NCBI GenBank assembly: GCA_963782055.1
Contig: CAWAIF010000003.1
Span: 1,472,001-1,536,000 of the forward strand
DNA from: an uncultured delta proteobacterium
GTDB taxonomy: Bacteria > Myxococcota_A > Polyangia > Polyangiales > Polyangiaceae
Direction of reading: 5' to 3'
Length of the DNA stretch: 64,000 nucleotides
The notes under the pieces are model-generated. The model searched no databases. It saw only the letters and a program-made list of their open reading frames with translations, and was not told the DNA's origin. The translations under genes were made by a program, and so were the position numbers. Of the stretch, positions 62,628-64,000 are shown piece by piece (the first letter of the stretch is position 1; each line of letters begins with the position of its first letter).

Positions 62628-62714
62628 CCCCTCCCGAGACCCATCGGGGACACGCGCCCGGGCGGCCGGACAGCCCGTCCGTGGTAGCTTCTGAGACGAA
62701 ACGTAGGAGGTAGC

Positions 62715-64000
62715 ATGGGGCTCAGCGTATCCAGGTGGCTCATCGGTTCGATCGCGGCAGGCGCCCTCCTGGCCGTCGCGTGCGGCAGCCACGGTGACTT
62801 CGGCGGCGGACCGGACGGCTCCGCCGATGGCGGCGACCTGACCGACGCCCAGTTCAACACCGACGCCAGTGGGGGCGACGGGGGCGACGCCGGAACGAAC
62901 CCCAAAGGCTGCGACCAGTCGTGCGTCGCCGCCGGAGGCAAGTGCGTCAACGACACGTGCATCCTCGGCGACAACCCGGGCAAGGTGGACCAGGCCACAC
63001 AGACCAAGCTCAAGGCGGGCGGCTCCACCGACAGCAAGTTCAAGTTCCTCTACCCCTACAATCAGACCGTCTTCCCCCGCGGCCTGCAGGCGCCGACCCT
63101 CCAGTTCGACGGCACCTCCTGGGACGCCGCTTACGTCCACGTCACCTTCACCGGCTTCGACTACGAGGGCTTCTACGGCGCGGCCACGCCCGGGCGCCTC
63201 GCCTTCTCGGCGGCGGTGTGGAAGGCGCTGACCCTCGCGACGGTCGCCAAGTCGGACGTCAAGGTGGAGGTCAGCAAGATCCTGGGCGGCAACGTCACCG
63301 GCCCGGTCACCGAGCACTGGACGATCGCCCAGGGCAGCCTCCGCGGCACCATCTACTACGAGACCTACGACTCGCTGCTCGCCGGCGGCCTGGGGTCGGT
63401 CGGCATCATGAAGATCTCCCCGGGCGCCTCGCAGCCGGTGGTGATCAAGTCCGGCTGCGGCAACGTGTGCCACACTGCCAGCGCCGACGGCTCCACCCTC
63501 GTGGCGAACAGCGGCTTCTTCATCGGCAGCTCCACCTACGACCTGAAGAACAACGCCGCGACCATCTACGCCACCGGCGCGCAGAGCTTCACCTACGGCG
63601 GCGTCTACCCCGACGGCAGCTTCGTCGTGTCCGCCACCAACTACCGCACGTGGCTGAACGGGCCCTCGCGCCTGTACGACACCAAGACCGGCGCCAACAT
63701 CCCGGCCGCGAGCTGGGACAGCAAGATCACCAACAGCGGCACGCCGGCGTTCTCGCCGGACGGCAAGCACATCGCATTCAACCACGAGGACACCGGCGGC
63801 GGGCACACGCTCGCCGTGGCGGACTTCGACGTCAAGACGAAGACCTTCTCCAACTTCGTCGACATCGCGACCGACAACCAGAACACGCTCGCCTGGCCGG
63901 CCTTCACGCCGGACGGCAAGTGGGTCGTCTACCACGCCGGCTCCAACACCGCGTTCGAGACCGACAACAACGAGACGGGCGACGTGTTCATCGTCGACCT
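62715..64000 (+). CDS. TolB-like/PD40 beta-propeller lipoprotein (runs off window end)
   Basis: AGGAGG RBS; MGLSVSRWLIGSIAAGALLAVAC; YPYNQTVFPRG, PAFSPDGK, WPAFTPDGK. Confidence 0.85.
   Translation, partial: MGLSVSRWLIGSIAAGALLAVACGSHGDFGGGPDGSADGGDLTDAQFNTDASGGDGGDAGTNPKGCDQSCVAAGGKCVNDTCILGDNPGKVDQATQTKLKAGGSTDSKFKFLYPYNQTVFPRGLQAPTLQFDGTSWDAAYVHVTFTGFDYEGFYGAATPGRLAFSAAVWKALTLATVAKSDVKVEVSKILGGNVTGPVTEHWTIAQGSLRGTIYYETYDSLLAGGLGSVGIMKISPGASQPVVIKSGCGNVCHTASADGSTLVANSGFFIGSSTYDLKNNAATIYATGAQSFTYGGVYPDGSFVVSATNYRTWLNGPSRLYDTKTGANIPAASWDSKITNSGTPAFSPDGKHIAFNHEDTGGGHTLAVADFDVKTKTFSNFVDIATDNQNTLAWPAFTPDGKWVVYHAGSNTAFETDNNETGDVFIVD

Noticed and set aside
60801..63935. 1044-aa minus-strand ORF
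   Set aside because: Shadow of the FGE-sulfatase and TolB-like genes

Overview
Very GC-rich bacterial DNA whose gene content (many lipoproteins, a MYXO-CTERM protein, Cys-rich DGDPCTxDxC repeats) points to a myxobacterium (Polyangiaceae-like; inference). About 50 genes are supportable, mostly housekeeping or envelope functions (UvrD/Rep helicase, FtsH, RecQ, TesB, GlpD, Pcm, TreT, MFS transporter, histidine kinase, STAND ATPase). The main accessory feature is a visibly lower-GC island at about 19.0-31.1 kb. It encodes a lipoprotein-anchored, teneurin-like RHS/YD toxin with a JAB/MPN-type tip, which is restored to 2300 aa once an IS66 with an 8-bp target duplication is removed. Downstream are a candidate immunity lipoprotein, an IS5 inserted in that gene's CTAG stop, and a frameshifted orphan Ntox37-like tip with its own candidate immunity gene. 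Other notable items are a DUF559 endonuclease whose start codon lies in a ~140-nt hairpin among palindromes, an MscS-DUF5752 fusion coupled to treT, a His/Cys peptidase-like gene coupled to a lipoprotein, and a frameshifted lipoprotein-type pcm. No rRNA, tRNA or CRISPR array was seen. Family names come from motif recognition, not database searches.
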